Below, one piece after another: positions 11,999-22,026 of a stretch of 45,153 nt of DNA. The notes beneath the pieces are model-generated. The model ran no database searches, had not been told where the DNA came from, and saw only the letters and a list, made by a program, of their open reading frames with translations. Source of the stretch: Trueperaceae bacterium (GTDB lineage: Bacteria > Deinococcota > Deinococci > Deinococcales > Trueperaceae); the NCBI GenBank assembly GCA_040905465.1, contig JBBDRK010000027.1, positions 1 through 45,153 of the forward strand, in the 5' to 3' direction. Positions within the stretch are counted from its first letter, which is position 1, and every line of letters begins with the position of its first letter. The position numbers were made by a program, and so were the translations under genes.

Positions 11999-13543
11999 TC
12001 AGCCGGCCGGGTACAGCCGGCGGTACTTGTCGCTCAGGTAGGCGAGATACGGCTCGATCGACATCTCCGACCCGGTCGCGCGAAGGAGGAGTTCGTCTGG
12101 CGTGTATTTGCGTCCATGCCGCCAGATGTTCTCCTTCAACCATGCGTGCAATCCCCCGAAACTGCCCGACGCCATCTGCTCCGGGAGGTCAGGCTGGGCT
12201 TTCGATGCCGCCGCATAGAACTGCGCGCTGAGTATGTTGCCGATGGTGTAGCCCTGAAAGGCGCCACCGACCAGCCCGCTGAACCAGTGCATGTCCTGCA
12301 GTACGCCGTCGCTGTCGCCTCCGCTGTCGACGCCCAGATCGCTCCGATAACGCTCCCGCCAGGCGTCGGCCAGATCGGCCACGGCGAGCGTACCTTCCAG
12401 CAACTCGCACTCGAGCTCGAAGCGGATCATGACGTGGAGGTTGTAGGTGAGCTCGTCGGCGTCGGTGCGGATGAGGCTGCGCGACACCAGGTTGACAGCC
12501 GCGTAGAACGCCTCCAGCGACACTTCCGTCAACTGGTCCGGGAAACGCTCCCGCAACAGCGGAAAGTAGTGACGCCAGAAGGCATACGATCTGCCCACGA
12601 CGTTCTCCCACAATCGCGACTGGCTCTCGTGCACGCCGGCTGAGGTTCCGCCGGCCAACGGGGTTCCGTGCAGGCCGGGATCGATACCCTGTTCGTACAT
12701 GCCGTGCCCCGCCTCGTGCAGAGAACTGAACAGGGCTTCGCTCAGGTCCGCCTCCCTGACACGGGTGGTAATGCGCACGTCGCCGTCTCCGAGCGCGGTG
12801 GCGAACGGGTGACCGGATCGGTCCTGACGGCCTCGCCGGAAGTCGAACCCGAATGCGCGGATCACCTCTTCCCCGAAGGCGATCTGGGCGGCTTCCGGGT
12901 AACAGGCACGCAGCGGCGACCCGTCCGCGACCTCACGCGCCGAGCCGGCGTTACCCGGTGCCTGGCCACCGCCTGCCGTGGTGGCGTCGACCAAAGGCAG
13001 CAACCGGGCACGCAACTCCCGGAACAGAGGACGCAAGCGGGCGACCGTCATCCCGCGGTCGCTTTCGTCTATGAGAGCATCTGCCACGTGCTGGTAACCG
13101 CTGAAGAAAGACGAGTAGCGGCGGCTGAGTTCGACGGTTCGCTCCAGGTGATCGGCGACCAGAGCGAAATCGTCCGCCGGCCTCGCCTGGACCCACAGCT
13201 GGTAACCGTGTGAGGCGTGCTTCTCGAACTCGGCCAGAAAGTGGGCCGGTACCTGCGTCGCCCGATCGTAATCGAAGCGCGTGACGCTGATCAGGCGGGC
13301 CTCATCGGAGTCCGGGTCGATAGACTCGAGTTCCGGCTCCAGCCGGTCGAGGAGCGAGCCGATCGCCGGATCGACGAGCGCCTCGTGGGCGAGTCGAGCA
13401 ATCGTGGCAAGTTGCCGGCCACGGGTCTGCGAACCGCCTGCGGGCATGTATGTCGCCTGATCCCACCCGAGGAGCGCGGCGGTATCCTGCAGGTCTGCCA
13501 CGTGCTCCAATCGGATCCTCAATTCGGCCAGGAGGTCTCTCAT
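11999..13543 (-). CDS. Carboxypeptidase M32 (Taq family)
   Basis: WDQ.TYMP, HPF, DVRITTR, HEAGH zinc motif, HESQS, IRTDAD and GVLQDMHW. Confidence 0.96.
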   Translation of the reverse strand: MRDLLAELRIRLEHVADLQDTAALLGWDQATYMPAGGSQTRGRQLATIARLAHEALVDPAIGSLLDRLEPELESIDPDSDEARLISVTRFDYDRATQVPAHFLAEFEKHASHGYQLWVQARPADDFALVADHLERTVELSRRYSSFFSGYQHVADALIDESDRGMTVARLRPLFRELRARLLPLVDATTAGGGQAPGNAGSAREVADGSPLRACYPEAAQIAFGEEVIRAFGFDFRRGRQDRSGHPFATALGDGDVRITTRVREADLSEALFSSLHEAGHGMYEQGIDPGLHGTPLAGGTSAGVHESQSRLWENVVGRSYAFWRHYFPLLRERFPDQLTEVSLEAFYAAVNLVSRSLIRTDADELTYNLHVMIRFELECELLEGTLAVADLADAWRERYRSDLGVDSGGDSDGVLQDMHWFSGLVGGAFQGYTIGNILSAQFYAAASKAQPDLPEQMASGSFGGLHAWLKENIWRHGRKYTPDELLLRATGSEMSIEPYLAYLSDKYRRLYPAG

Positions 13544-13660
13544 GAGTCACTATACGTGTGCCCGGCAGCAGGCTGCCACGACCCTAGGCAAATAGCCGGG
13601 TTCGACTCCGTATCCCTAGGAACTCCGCGGCGCAACGGCGCAGAGCGATTCGGCCGGTCT

Positions 13661-13681
13661 CGGTCGGCACGCCGCCGACCG
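13661..13681 (-). terminator. GC-rich hairpin downstream of panE
   Basis: CGGTCGGC / GCCGACCG 8-bp stem just after the stop at 13688. No clear U tract. Confidence 0.4.
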
Positions 13682-13687
13682 GCTCCG

Positions 13688-14608
13688 CTACCGGCCGGCC
13701 CGGTACGGCTTCAGCGCGGCGTAGACGACCTCGTTTGCCGGAGTGGCGACTCCCAGCCGCCGTCCGAGGCGCACGGCGTGGCCGTTCAGCGACTCGATCT
13801 CCAGACGTTTGCCGCGGTGCAAGTCCGATAGCAGGGACGACCTCATTTCGGGATCGAGACGCTCGCGGCTGAACGACAACCGCTCTTCTACGATGTCGCC
13901 CGGTAGCTCGATCCCCTTGGCCCGGGCGAGCGCGGTCATCTCCTCGAGCAGGCGCCGGAACACCGCCAGCAGGTCGGGGTCGGACATTACAGCGCCGATC
14001 GGCTGGCGGCAAAGCGCGGTCATCCCGCTGAAGGCGCATATGAAGATCCACTTGCGCCACAGGTCGCCGCGGATGTCGTCGGATATGGAGGCGTCTATTC
14101 CCGCTTCGGTGCAGACTCGAAGGAACTCCTCGGCACGAGCCGTCCGACGGCCGTCGAGCTCGCCGAACGTGAGTCGAGCGAAGGCACTCCGGTGCTCGAT
14201 CAGCCCAGGCTCGGCCAGCGCCGCCTCGATGTAGGCCACCCCGCCCAGCACCCGTTCGGAACCGAGAGCGGCCGCAAGTTCCTCCTCTGCCTCAACGCCG
14301 TTCTGGAGGCTCACTACGGCGGTGTCATCGTCGATCAGCAGCTGAGCAGCCGTCGCAGCGGACTGCAGGTCCTGGGCCTTGACGGCGATGAGCACCACAT
14401 CCACCGGTCCCACGCCGTGCGGATCGTCGCCAGCCGGTACCCGGAGGCCGTCGATGTCTCCGAGAGGGCTGCTCACCTTCAGTCCACGCGTTTGCAGTGC
14501 GCGCAGATGCTCACCGCGTGCGAGCAGGTGCACGCTGTTGCCGGCCTCGGCCAGGCGCCCACCGAAATACGCGCCCACCGCGCCGGCACCGATTACGGCA
14601 ATTCTCAT
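13688..14608 (-). CDS. panE: 2-dehydropantoate 2-reductase (PanE/ApbA family)
   Basis: GAGAVG, VK, SLQNG, W.K, SS...D...GKRLEIESLNG. Confidence 0.9.
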   Translation of the reverse strand: MRIAVIGAGAVGAYFGGRLAEAGNSVHLLARGEHLRALQTRGLKVSSPLGDIDGLRVPAGDDPHGVGPVDVVLIAVKAQDLQSAATAAQLLIDDDTAVVSLQNGVEAEEELAAALGSERVLGGVAYIEAALAEPGLIEHRSAFARLTFGELDGRRTARAEEFLRVCTEAGIDASISDDIRGDLWRKWIFICAFSGMTALCRQPIGAVMSDPDLLAVFRRLLEEMTALARAKGIELPGDIVEERLSFSRERLDPEMRSSLLSDLHRGKRLEIESLNGHAVRLGRRLGVATPANEVVYAALKPYRAGR

Positions 14609-14762
14609 GTTTCGAGTCTAGCGGCGGCGCCCCCGGCCACCCGCGCTTTCCCCGCTACTGCCGTGCCCTGCTCGGCAGCCGGCCGCCGCGCCATCAGCCG
14701 CAACTCGGCAATTCGGGCTCGGGGCCTACGCGGCTCTCCCGATGGCTCCACTCCCAAGCGCA

Positions 14763-15638
14763 TCAGCCGCGGTTCTTGTCGGCGTACATCTGTCGGTCCG
14801 CGGCCCTCAGCAGATCACGGAAGCCGGTGCCGTCCTCGGGGAAGCTGGCGATACCTACCGCCGCCTGCACATGCAGGCTGGCGTTGGGCAAACGGATCTT
14901 CTTGTTCACCTCGGCCCGCAAGCGATCGGCCACCGCCCCGATCACCTCTCGATCACCGCTGTCGAGGAGTACCGCGAACTCGTCCCCGCCAAGTCTCGCG
15001 ACCAGCTCATTGGGACGAATGTTCTTCTCGAGCCGCTGCGCCACCACCCGCAACACCTCGTCACCGGTTTCATGGCCGTAACGGTCGTTTATGGCCTTGA
15101 AGCCGTTGAGGTCGAAATAGAGCATGCTCACGTCCGCACCCTGGCGACGCTTCATCCAGAAGTGGTTCTTGAGCAGGCGCCGGTTGCCGACACCGGTGAG
15201 GTCGTCGTGACTCATCATCTTCACCGCTTCGAACAACACCGCTTTGCGCCTGGTGATGGAGCTGAAAGTCACTATGAGACGCTCTCCGGCCGGGATCACT
15301 GTTATCGAGTACCATACGGGAGCGCTCCTTGTTCCGAGCGGGCCCGGAACGGAGTGCTCGAGCTCCACTCCCTCGCCGCTCTCGAGAACGCGCGCCAGGC
15401 GCGAGAAGAGGCCGACGCGCAAAAGTTCCGGCTCGACCTCTCGCAAACGGCAGCCCAGGAGCTCGATCTCGGCACGGTCGAGGATCTCGAGCGCACGGTC
15501 GTTCACCCCGAGCACGTCAAAATCGACGATCTGGTCGTCGTCCTCGCGGACGGCGCCCAGTATCACGACCCCGTACGGGGCCTTTCGAAAGAACGCTTCC
15601 CACAGGTCGGAGTACCTAAGCACCCGGCTGCTGCTCAT
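14763..15638 (-). CDS. PAS-GGDEF diguanylate cyclase
   Basis: N-terminal PAS-like region (DF....VN..A), then HDDLTGVGNRR, DLNGFKAINDRYGHETGD and RLGGDEF. The start may instead be GTG 15701. Confidence 0.92.
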   Translation of the reverse strand: MSSSRVLRYSDLWEAFFRKAPYGVVILGAVREDDDQIVDFDVLGVNDRALEILDRAEIELLGCRLREVEPELLRVGLFSRLARVLESGEGVELEHSVPGPLGTRSAPVWYSITVIPAGERLIVTFSSITRRKAVLFEAVKMMSHDDLTGVGNRRLLKNHFWMKRRQGADVSMLYFDLNGFKAINDRYGHETGDEVLRVVAQRLEKNIRPNELVARLGGDEFAVLLDSGDREVIGAVADRLRAEVNKKIRLPNASLHVQAAVGIASFPEDGTGFRDLLRAADRQMYADKNRG

Positions 15639-15714
15639 ACCGATCTCATCGTCCCATATCTTAAGCCGTCTATCCGAGGGGAGCAGCGAGTGCGCCGGCA
15701 CGTCATGCTGCCGA

Positions 15715-16380
15715 TCAAGCGGGAAGCACGTGCAGGAGCATGAGGAGATAGTGACACGCGCTGCCGGCGAGAACGAACAGGTGCCAGATTTCGTGATAGC
15801 CGAACACGCCCGGAAACGGATCGGGCCGCTTGGAACCGTAGATCACCGCTCCGACAGTGTAGAACAGCCCGCCCAGCGCCAACCACAGCAAACCACCACG
15901 CTCCAGGGCTCCCAGGAGTGGCACGATCCCGGCCAGCGCCAGCCAGCCCATCATCAGGTACAACCCGGTAGAAAGCCAGCGCGGCGCCCCGATCCAGGTC
16001 AGCTTGAAAACGACGCCGAGCAGGGCGAACACCCAGACCAGTCCGAACAGTGTCCACGCCCAGCCGGCGTAGTCGTGGCGCAATGTAACCAGCGTTATCG
16101 GGGTATACGAACCGGCGATCAGCAGGAAGATCGCCGAGTGGTCCAGCACCCGTAAGCGCCTTTGCGGCCCTTGGGCCACCGGCAAGGCGTGCAGGAGGGT
16201 ACTGGCCGTGAACAGCAGCACCAGCGACACGCCGTAGATCGAGAAGGAGACCGTCTTCCACGGATCGGGCGCGGCCAGCGACAGCAGTACCACCGTGCCG
16301 ACGACCGCCAGCACCGCCCCGACGAAGTGCGTGAGGCTGTTGACCGGCTCCCGCAGACGAAAGCCGGTACCTTCCGGCAT
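15715..16380 (-). CDS. Hemolysin III / PAQR family membrane protein
   Basis: EPVNSLTH, STLLH, DHSAIFLLIAGSYTP, YLMMGW, HEIWHLFV. Alternative start at 16455. Confidence 0.93.
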   Translation of the reverse strand: MPEGTGFRLREPVNSLTHFVGAVLAVVGTVVLLSLAAPDPWKTVSFSIYGVSLVLLFTASTLLHALPVAQGPQRRLRVLDHSAIFLLIAGSYTPITLVTLRHDYAGWAWTLFGLVWVFALLGVVFKLTWIGAPRWLSTGLYLMMGWLALAGIVPLLGALERGGLLWLALGGLFYTVGAVIYGSKRPDPFPGVFGYHEIWHLFVLAGSACHYLLMLLHVLPA

Positions 16381-16473
16381 CGGCTCGCCGGTCACGCCCT
16401 GAAAACCCGGCCGGGCAAGCCCGACCGCGCAGGGCCGCGGCGCAATGGGTAGCATCGCCCGGTCACGGCACCG

Positions 16474-17310
16474 TCAGGAATCACTGCCGGTCTCCACCGG
16501 AGCGTCATCGTACGAGCACCAGTCGCTCCAGGAGCCGTGATAAAGGCGGACGCCTGACATGCCGGCCTCCTCCATGGCCAGCACGTCGTGCGCGGCGCTG
16601 ACCCCGGAGCCGCAGTAGACGACTACCTCGTCGCGGCCTTTTAGAAGCTCGAATCGCCGCCGCAGGTCTTCACTTCCCTTGAACCGGCCATCACGGAGGT
16701 TGCCGGAAAACGGCAGATTCAGAGCGGACGGGATGTGGCCGGCCTGCGGATCCAGCGGCTCGACCAGGCCCCGATAGCGTTCTTCCGCTCGCGCGTCCAC
16801 CAGCACTACGTCGGGGTTGCCGAGATTTCGCAGGACGTAGTCCCGGTCGACCGCCATCTCCGGGCGTATCGCCGGTTCGAACCGCTGCTCGGCCGGTCGC
16901 GGCGTCTCGCTGCTCGTCTCGAATCCCTGCGCGCGCCAGGCCGCCAGGCCGCCGTCGAGCAACCGGACCCAATCGTGGCCGAGGTACCTGAGCAACCACC
17001 AGAGGCGGCTCGCAAACATGCCCGCACCACCGTCGTACGCGACTACCTCGTGATCGTTGCCGATACCGAGCCGGCCCAGGCGCGCCACCAGCGCATCAGG
17101 ATCCGGCAGTGGATGGCGGCCGCCATGTTCCCCCAGAGGCCCGGACAGGTCTCTGTCGAGATGTGCGTAGACGGCGCCGGGAATATGACCGGCACGATAT
17201 GCGAGCTCGCCCGCAACGCTGTCGGCAAGATCGAAGCGGACGTCGACGACCCGCAAATCGGCGGCACCGAGGCGCTCGTGCAACTCGGCCGGCTGAATCA
17301 GGTTACTCAT
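16474..17310 (-). CDS. sseA: Tandem-rhodanese sulfurtransferase (SseA / 3-mercaptopyruvate sulfurtransferase family)
   Basis: GHIPGA, GRHPLP, LDGG, DAR...RY.G, active-site CGSGVSA, LYHGSWSDW. Confidence 0.93.
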   Translation of the reverse strand: MSNLIQPAELHERLGAADLRVVDVRFDLADSVAGELAYRAGHIPGAVYAHLDRDLSGPLGEHGGRHPLPDPDALVARLGRLGIGNDHEVVAYDGGAGMFASRLWWLLRYLGHDWVRLLDGGLAAWRAQGFETSSETPRPAEQRFEPAIRPEMAVDRDYVLRNLGNPDVVLVDARAEERYRGLVEPLDPQAGHIPSALNLPFSGNLRDGRFKGSEDLRRRFELLKGRDEVVVYCGSGVSAAHDVLAMEEAGMSGVRLYHGSWSDWCSYDDAPVETGSDS

Positions 17311-17382
17311 GCCCCGAGTTTACGACCGTTCGGGCGGGTCCGTGCGAGGCAAGGGGCAGGCGGTCCTCTACAATGGAAGCTC

Positions 17383-18186
17383 GTGGAGCGCCGACGAATA
17401 GACAGCCCCAAGAATCCGCTGGTGAAGGAGCTCGTGCGCCTGCGCGAGCGGCGCGAGCGCGACCGTAGCGGAAGATTCCTCATCGAAGGTACGCGCGAAG
17501 TGGAACGTGCGCTTTCGGCGGGAGTTCCCCTCAACGAGTTGTTGGTGGCGCCGGAGCTGATGCGCCCCGAGGGACTCGCACTGGCGTCACGAGTGGAAAG
17601 TTCGAAGATTCGGGTGACGGAACTCGGGGGCACCGCATTCGGCCGAGTCAGCATGCGAGAGCATCCGGACGGAGTGCTGGCGGTGGCTCCCACGTGGCGC
17701 ACGGAGCTCGGCGAATTGGAGTTGGGGCAGGCGCCGTTGCTGCTCGTTCTCGAGGGACTGGAGAAGCCGGGAAATCTGGGCGCGCTCCTGCGAACGACCG
17801 ATGCCGTAGACGCCGATGCGGTGTTCGTAACCGGAAAGGGCACCGACCCGTTCAATCCCAACGTAATCCGTTCCAGCATGGGCAGCGTATTCAGCAGGCC
17901 GCTGGTGACCGCCGGCGAGTCCGAGCTGCAGGAGTTCCTTCGCGACCACGACGTACGCGTGATCGCCGCCGCGCCCGCGGCGAAGAAGCCGTACTGGGAC
18001 GCAGATCTGCGCGGCGCGGTGGCGCTGGTGCTGGGAACCGAACACCAGGGTCTGGGAGACGGTTGGCTCAACGGCGCGGCCGAGCGGGTGCACGTGCCGA
18101 TGTCGGGTTCGGCCGACAGTCTCAACGTTGCCACCACCGGTGCCTTACTGCTATACGAGGCCCTCAGGCAGCGGCGCTCCAATTGA
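17383..18186 (+). CDS. TrmH/SpoU family RNA methyltransferase
   Basis: I.S..NP.VK, FLIEG, EKPGNLGALLRT, GTEHQGL, SLNV. GTG start at 17383; the ORF-track extension to 16735 is a shadow. Confidence 0.94.
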   Translation: MERRRIDSPKNPLVKELVRLRERRERDRSGRFLIEGTREVERALSAGVPLNELLVAPELMRPEGLALASRVESSKIRVTELGGTAFGRVSMREHPDGVLAVAPTWRTELGELELGQAPLLLVLEGLEKPGNLGALLRTTDAVDADAVFVTGKGTDPFNPNVIRSSMGSVFSRPLVTAGESELQEFLRDHDVRVIAAAPAAKKPYWDADLRGAVALVLGTEHQGLGDGWLNGAAERVHVPMSGSADSLNVATTGALLLYEALRQRRSN

Positions 18187-18261
18187 CGAAGATCGCCGGC
18201 CGGCGAACCGCAGCGCCGGTCGCTCACGACACGGCAGCTACCCGCGGATTACCATTGCGCC

Positions 18262-18639
18262 ATGGCAGACACCTCGCCGTTCGACGCCTTCATCCCCTTC
18301 TATCCGGTCCATGATCTCGCGGCCACTCGCGACTTCTATCAGCGGGAGCTCGGCCTCGAGCTCGAGCGCGACGAAGCGCGCTGCCTGGTCTTCAGAGTTG
18401 CCGGCGGTTATCTCGGTTTCTGCCTCGTTGACGGTTCCCTGCCAGATCGCGACGAACTTACCCTGAGCCTGGTCGCGCCGGATGTGGACGCCGTGTACCA
18501 GCACCTGCGACGGCTCGGTGTAGAAATCGAGTCCGCTCCGAGGAGGAACGAGCACTACCGCATCTACCACTTCATCGCTCGCGATCCCGACGGCTACCGT
18601 CTGGAGATACGGCGATTCGTCGAGCCGCTGCACGGCTGA
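18262..18639 (+). CDS. VOC (glyoxalase/bleomycin resistance) family protein
   Basis: V.DL....FY...LGL and F...DPDGYRLE motifs. Confidence 0.9.
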   Translation: MADTSPFDAFIPFYPVHDLAATRDFYQRELGLELERDEARCLVFRVAGGYLGFCLVDGSLPDRDELTLSLVAPDVDAVYQHLRRLGVEIESAPRRNEHYRIYHFIARDPDGYRLEIRRFVEPLHG

Positions 18640-18669
18640 ACCGGCTCCCGGACGCCCGCCGGAGGACAG

Positions 18670-19116
18670 ATGTTCAGAGAGTTTCGCGACTTCATCAACC
18701 GAGGCAACGTAATCGACCTCGCCGTGGCGGTCATGATCGGTGCGGCGTTCGGGGCGATCACCCAGTCGTTGGTGCGGGACATTATCATGCCGCCGATCGG
18801 CCTGCTGGTCGAGGGCCGCGACTTCTCGCGCCTGGGGATAGTGCTGAGCGACGCCGGCCGTTACGCCACCGTGCAGGAGGCCGTAGACGCCGGCGCCCCG
18901 GTGATCCGCTACGGTGCCTTTTTAAATACCGTCCTGAACTTCCTGGTAGTGGCTATGGTGCTGTTTCTCGTTGTGCGCAGCTATAACCAGCTCCGTCGGC
19001 GATTCGTGCCTCGCGAGGAGAGCACGCCCGGACCGCCGCCTGCACCGTCGCGCCAGGAGGTGCTGCTTTCGGAGATCCGTGACCTGCTGGCCCAACGGGG
19101 CGAAAGCCGACAGTAA
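18670..19116 (+). CDS. mscL: Large-conductance mechanosensitive channel
   Basis: FREFRDFINRGNVIDLAVAV.IG.AF, YG.F, LLSEIRDLL. GGAGG RBS. Confidence 0.97.
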   Translation: MFREFRDFINRGNVIDLAVAVMIGAAFGAITQSLVRDIIMPPIGLLVEGRDFSRLGIVLSDAGRYATVQEAVDAGAPVIRYGAFLNTVLNFLVVAMVLFLVVRSYNQLRRRFVPREESTPGPPPAPSRQEVLLSEIRDLLAQRGESRQ

Positions 19117-19138
19117 TCCGGCAAGCGACGGGCCCCGC

Positions 19139-21163
19139 TCAGTAGAGGATCAGGAATTCCAGCACCGCCGGACCGCTTCGCATGATCGGCTCGGCCGCAA
19201 CCACCCCGATAGTCACCGACCCCCTCATCTGCAGCAACTGATTGGTGAAGCTCTCCTCGGAGGTGGTGAAGCTGGGCGGCTCCGACGAGAAGAGCCCGCC
19301 GATAGTGAGGCGCCGCTCGGTCTCGCGCATCAGGTCGAGCACAGCCACTCGCAGGTCCGACTGCGAGACGCGGACCTCGCTTCCGACATGGAGCTTGCGG
19401 CTGGTGATCAACTGCCCGCGGTCGAACACCTGACCGTTCTCGTAGGCTTCCACCGCCACCTCGACCTGATGCGATGCCCGAAACTGGTTGCGGGGCGAGA
19501 TCAGGACTATCAGCAGCTCCCCTTCGGTCTGGGCGAGGAGCGACACCAGGCTGTCGAACTGATCGGCGCTCAGGCGAACCTCGCCGGCGCCACGCCGCGC
19601 TGTCAGTAGGCTCGCGTCCCGCACGAACTCGGCGATTGCCTCTCTCGCAGAAGCGGCCGCCGGGGCGGTAACCAGGCCGCTGTAGATGAAGTCTCCGCGG
19701 CGGAAGGTCACGTCCCCCTGGGCGACGTTGTCGAACTCGTTCTGGATGCTGGTGAGGCGTTGGCTCTGATCCTCGAGCTTCTCTTCGAGCTCGAGCAGGC
19801 TCGCCTGAAGGGTCTGCACCCGGTCGTTGCTGGCGCGTACCTGGTCCTTCAACTCGTCGTTGAGCGCGGTCAGCGAGGTGTTGAGAGCCTGAAGATCGCG
19901 ATTGCTGCGGTCTAGCTCGCTGGCTCGTTGCTCGAGCAGATCGTTCAGGCTCTCGAGCTCGTCGTTCTGACTCCGCAGGCCGACGGCGTCATCGGATAGC
20001 TGCGAGATCTGGGTCTTTAGAGCGGTGACGTCCCCGTGGAGCACGGCGATCTCCCGTTGCAGGGCGGTGGCCTGCTCCTGTGCCGAGGCCCGCTGCTCCA
20101 GAGCGCTGTCACGCGCCTCCTCCGCTTCCTTCAGGTTCTCCTGCGTCCTCCCCAACTGCTCTTCCACCTGGTCCAGCGACAGCTGCTGCTCTTCCAGCCG
20201 CCGGTTGCGTTCGGTCAGCTGCTCCTGAACCTCGGCGATCTCACCTTGCAGCTCCGCCGCCAGCCGTTCCGCCTGGGCCGCCTCGGCGCCCGCGGACTCG
20301 GCCTCGGCGCGCGCCGACTCCGCCTCCTGTTCGCTTTGCACCGTCAGGGCCTGGGCCTGCTCCAGGCGCAAGCTGGAGCTCTGGAGTTGGGTCTGGGTAG
20401 CATCCAGGTCCGCCTGGAGTGTCGCCAGCTCACTGTTCGCGAAGTCCAGCTCGTCGGAGAGGGTACCGACCTCGCCGCTCAGGCGGGCACGCTCTCTCTC
20501 CAGGCTTTCAGCCTCGGCGCGCGCAAGTTCGGCTTCATTGCCGGCCTCCTCGGCGGCCCGCTCCGCCTGCTGGCGCGCAACGTTGGCCAGCTCCAACTGC
20601 TCCTCGACGGCAGCCAACTCGCTCCGAGCGGCGGTCAGGTCGGCCTGAGCGGTATCGAACTCCTCGTTGACCTGTTCGAACGATTGGCGCAGCGACTCCA
20701 CCTGCTCCTGAAGGCCGGCACGCTCGTTGCTCAGCAGTTCCAGCTCGTCCTGGGCCCTGGCGCGTTCGCCGACCGCTACGTCGCGCTGGTCTTCGGCCTC
20801 GAGTCTGCGTTCATTGGCCTCACTCAGCGCCTGCTGGCCCAGCGTGATCTCCTCCTGCAAGGCCTCGATCCGTCCTGTCAGTTCAGTCTGCGTTCGCGTG
20901 AGACGATTCAACTGCGTCGCCGTGCGCTGGGCGTTCAGCAAAGTGGCGGCCGCGTTCTCGAAGGCCAACGCCAGCACCGCCAACGTCGTGAGCATGATGA
21001 GGATGCCTGCCAGCACGCCCACTATCTGCCCGGTAACGCGTGGCCGCGCCCCGAACAGGCTCAGCCGGCGACGGCCGACCAGCGTGCCCAGCCGATCGCC
21101 GGCGTAGGCGATGATGCCGGCCAGGAGCACCAGCAGGATGACCAAGCCGAAGACGTAGACCAT
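19139..21163 (-). CDS. DUF3084-like membrane-anchored long coiled-coil protein
   Basis: N-terminal G.IAY.GD.LG..VGRRRLSLFG.RPR.T with two TM helices, roughly 400 aa of heptad-rich E/Q/A/L/R sequence, and a globular C-terminus. Confidence 0.82.
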   Translation of the reverse strand: MVYVFGLVILLVLLAGIIAYAGDRLGTLVGRRRLSLFGARPRVTGQIVGVLAGILIMLTTLAVLALAFENAAATLLNAQRTATQLNRLTRTQTELTGRIEALQEEITLGQQALSEANERRLEAEDQRDVAVGERARAQDELELLSNERAGLQEQVESLRQSFEQVNEEFDTAQADLTAARSELAAVEEQLELANVARQQAERAAEEAGNEAELARAEAESLERERARLSGEVGTLSDELDFANSELATLQADLDATQTQLQSSSLRLEQAQALTVQSEQEAESARAEAESAGAEAAQAERLAAELQGEIAEVQEQLTERNRRLEEQQLSLDQVEEQLGRTQENLKEAEEARDSALEQRASAQEQATALQREIAVLHGDVTALKTQISQLSDDAVGLRSQNDELESLNDLLEQRASELDRSNRDLQALNTSLTALNDELKDQVRASNDRVQTLQASLLELEEKLEDQSQRLTSIQNEFDNVAQGDVTFRRGDFIYSGLVTAPAAASAREAIAEFVRDASLLTARRGAGEVRLSADQFDSLVSLLAQTEGELLIVLISPRNQFRASHQVEVAVEAYENGQVFDRGQLITSRKLHVGSEVRVSQSDLRVAVLDLMRETERRLTIGGLFSSEPPSFTTSEESFTNQLLQMRGSVTIGVVAAEPIMRSGPAVLEFLILY

Positions 21164-21209
21164 CAGCCAGGCGCCTCACTCCAGCGGCTCAGCGGCACGC
21201 CCGGGCGCC

Positions 21210-21983
21210 TCAAAGCTGGAAGTCGCTCCCCAGGTAATAGGTCCGCACGTCGGCATCCTCGGCAAACTCCGCAGGTGTCCCGGAAAAGCGCACGCGGCCA
21301 TCGAACATCAGGTAGACACGGTCGGCGATCGCCACCGTTTCGCGGACACTGTGATCGGTAAGGAGCACACCCAGCCCTCGCCGCTCACGCAGCTCCGCGA
21401 TAAGCATCTGAATCTCGCGAATCGACTTGGGATCGACCCCGGTGAACGGTTCATCGAGCAGGATGTACGCCGGGTCGGTAGTCAGTGACCGGGCGATTTC
21501 CAGCCGCCGGCGTTCTCCGCCCGAGAGGGTGTCGGCGCGTTGCTTCGCCAGCCGTTCGAGTCCGAACTCCTCGAGCAACTCCTGGGCCTTCGCCTCCTGC
21601 TGTGGCCTGGGCATCCCCTGGAACTCCAGGATCGCCAGCAGGTTGTCACGAACGCTCATCTTGCGGAACGCGCTCGGTTCCTGCGCGAGGTAACCGAGGC
21701 CCCGCCGAGCTCGCCGGTGCATCGGCCAACCGGTTATGTCCTGGCTTCCGAGCACGATCTGGCCCGCCTGTGGCCGGACGAAACCGACCATCATGTAGAA
21801 GGTAGTGGTCTTCCCCGCTCCGTTCGGCCCGAGCAGTGCGACGATCTCACCCGGCTCCAGCCGCAGGTCCACGCCGTCGACCACCCGCCGCCGGCCGTAG
21901 CGCTTGACCAGCCCGGACGCCGCGAGATGCTCCTCCTGCCGCGCTGGACGGGAGCGCTCGGAGGGGCGAGTTAGCGCCGACAT
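21210..21983 (-). CDS. lptB: LPS export ABC ATPase LptB-like
   Basis: [53 protein letters not shown]-terminal YYLGSDF.L. Start ATG 21983. Confidence 0.93.
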   Translation of the reverse strand: MSALTRPSERSRPARQEEHLAASGLVKRYGRRRVVDGVDLRLEPGEIVALLGPNGAGKTTTFYMMVGFVRPQAGQIVLGSQDITGWPMHRRARRGLGYLAQEPSAFRKMSVRDNLLAILEFQGMPRPQQEAKAQELLEEFGLERLAKQRADTLSGGERRRLEIARSLTTDPAYILLDEPFTGVDPKSIREIQMLIAELRERRGLGVLLTDHSVRETVAIADRVYLMFDGRVRFSGTPAEFAEDADVRTYYLGSDFQL

Positions 21984-22026
21984 ACCGGAACATGCTAACA
22001 CGCGCTTCCGGAGGGCAGAGGAGCAG

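Noticed and set aside
13590..13612. GGGTTCGACTCC resembling a tRNA T-arm, between two CCCTAGG copies
   Set aside because: The T-stem pairs for only 2 bp, and there is no acceptor stem, D arm, anticodon arm or CCA. Not a tRNA or a convincing att remnant.
16735..17382. Apparent 216-aa N-terminal extension of the TrmH methyltransferase
   Set aside because: It overlaps sseA on the opposite strand. Homology starts at GTG 17383, just after a TACAAT -10 box.
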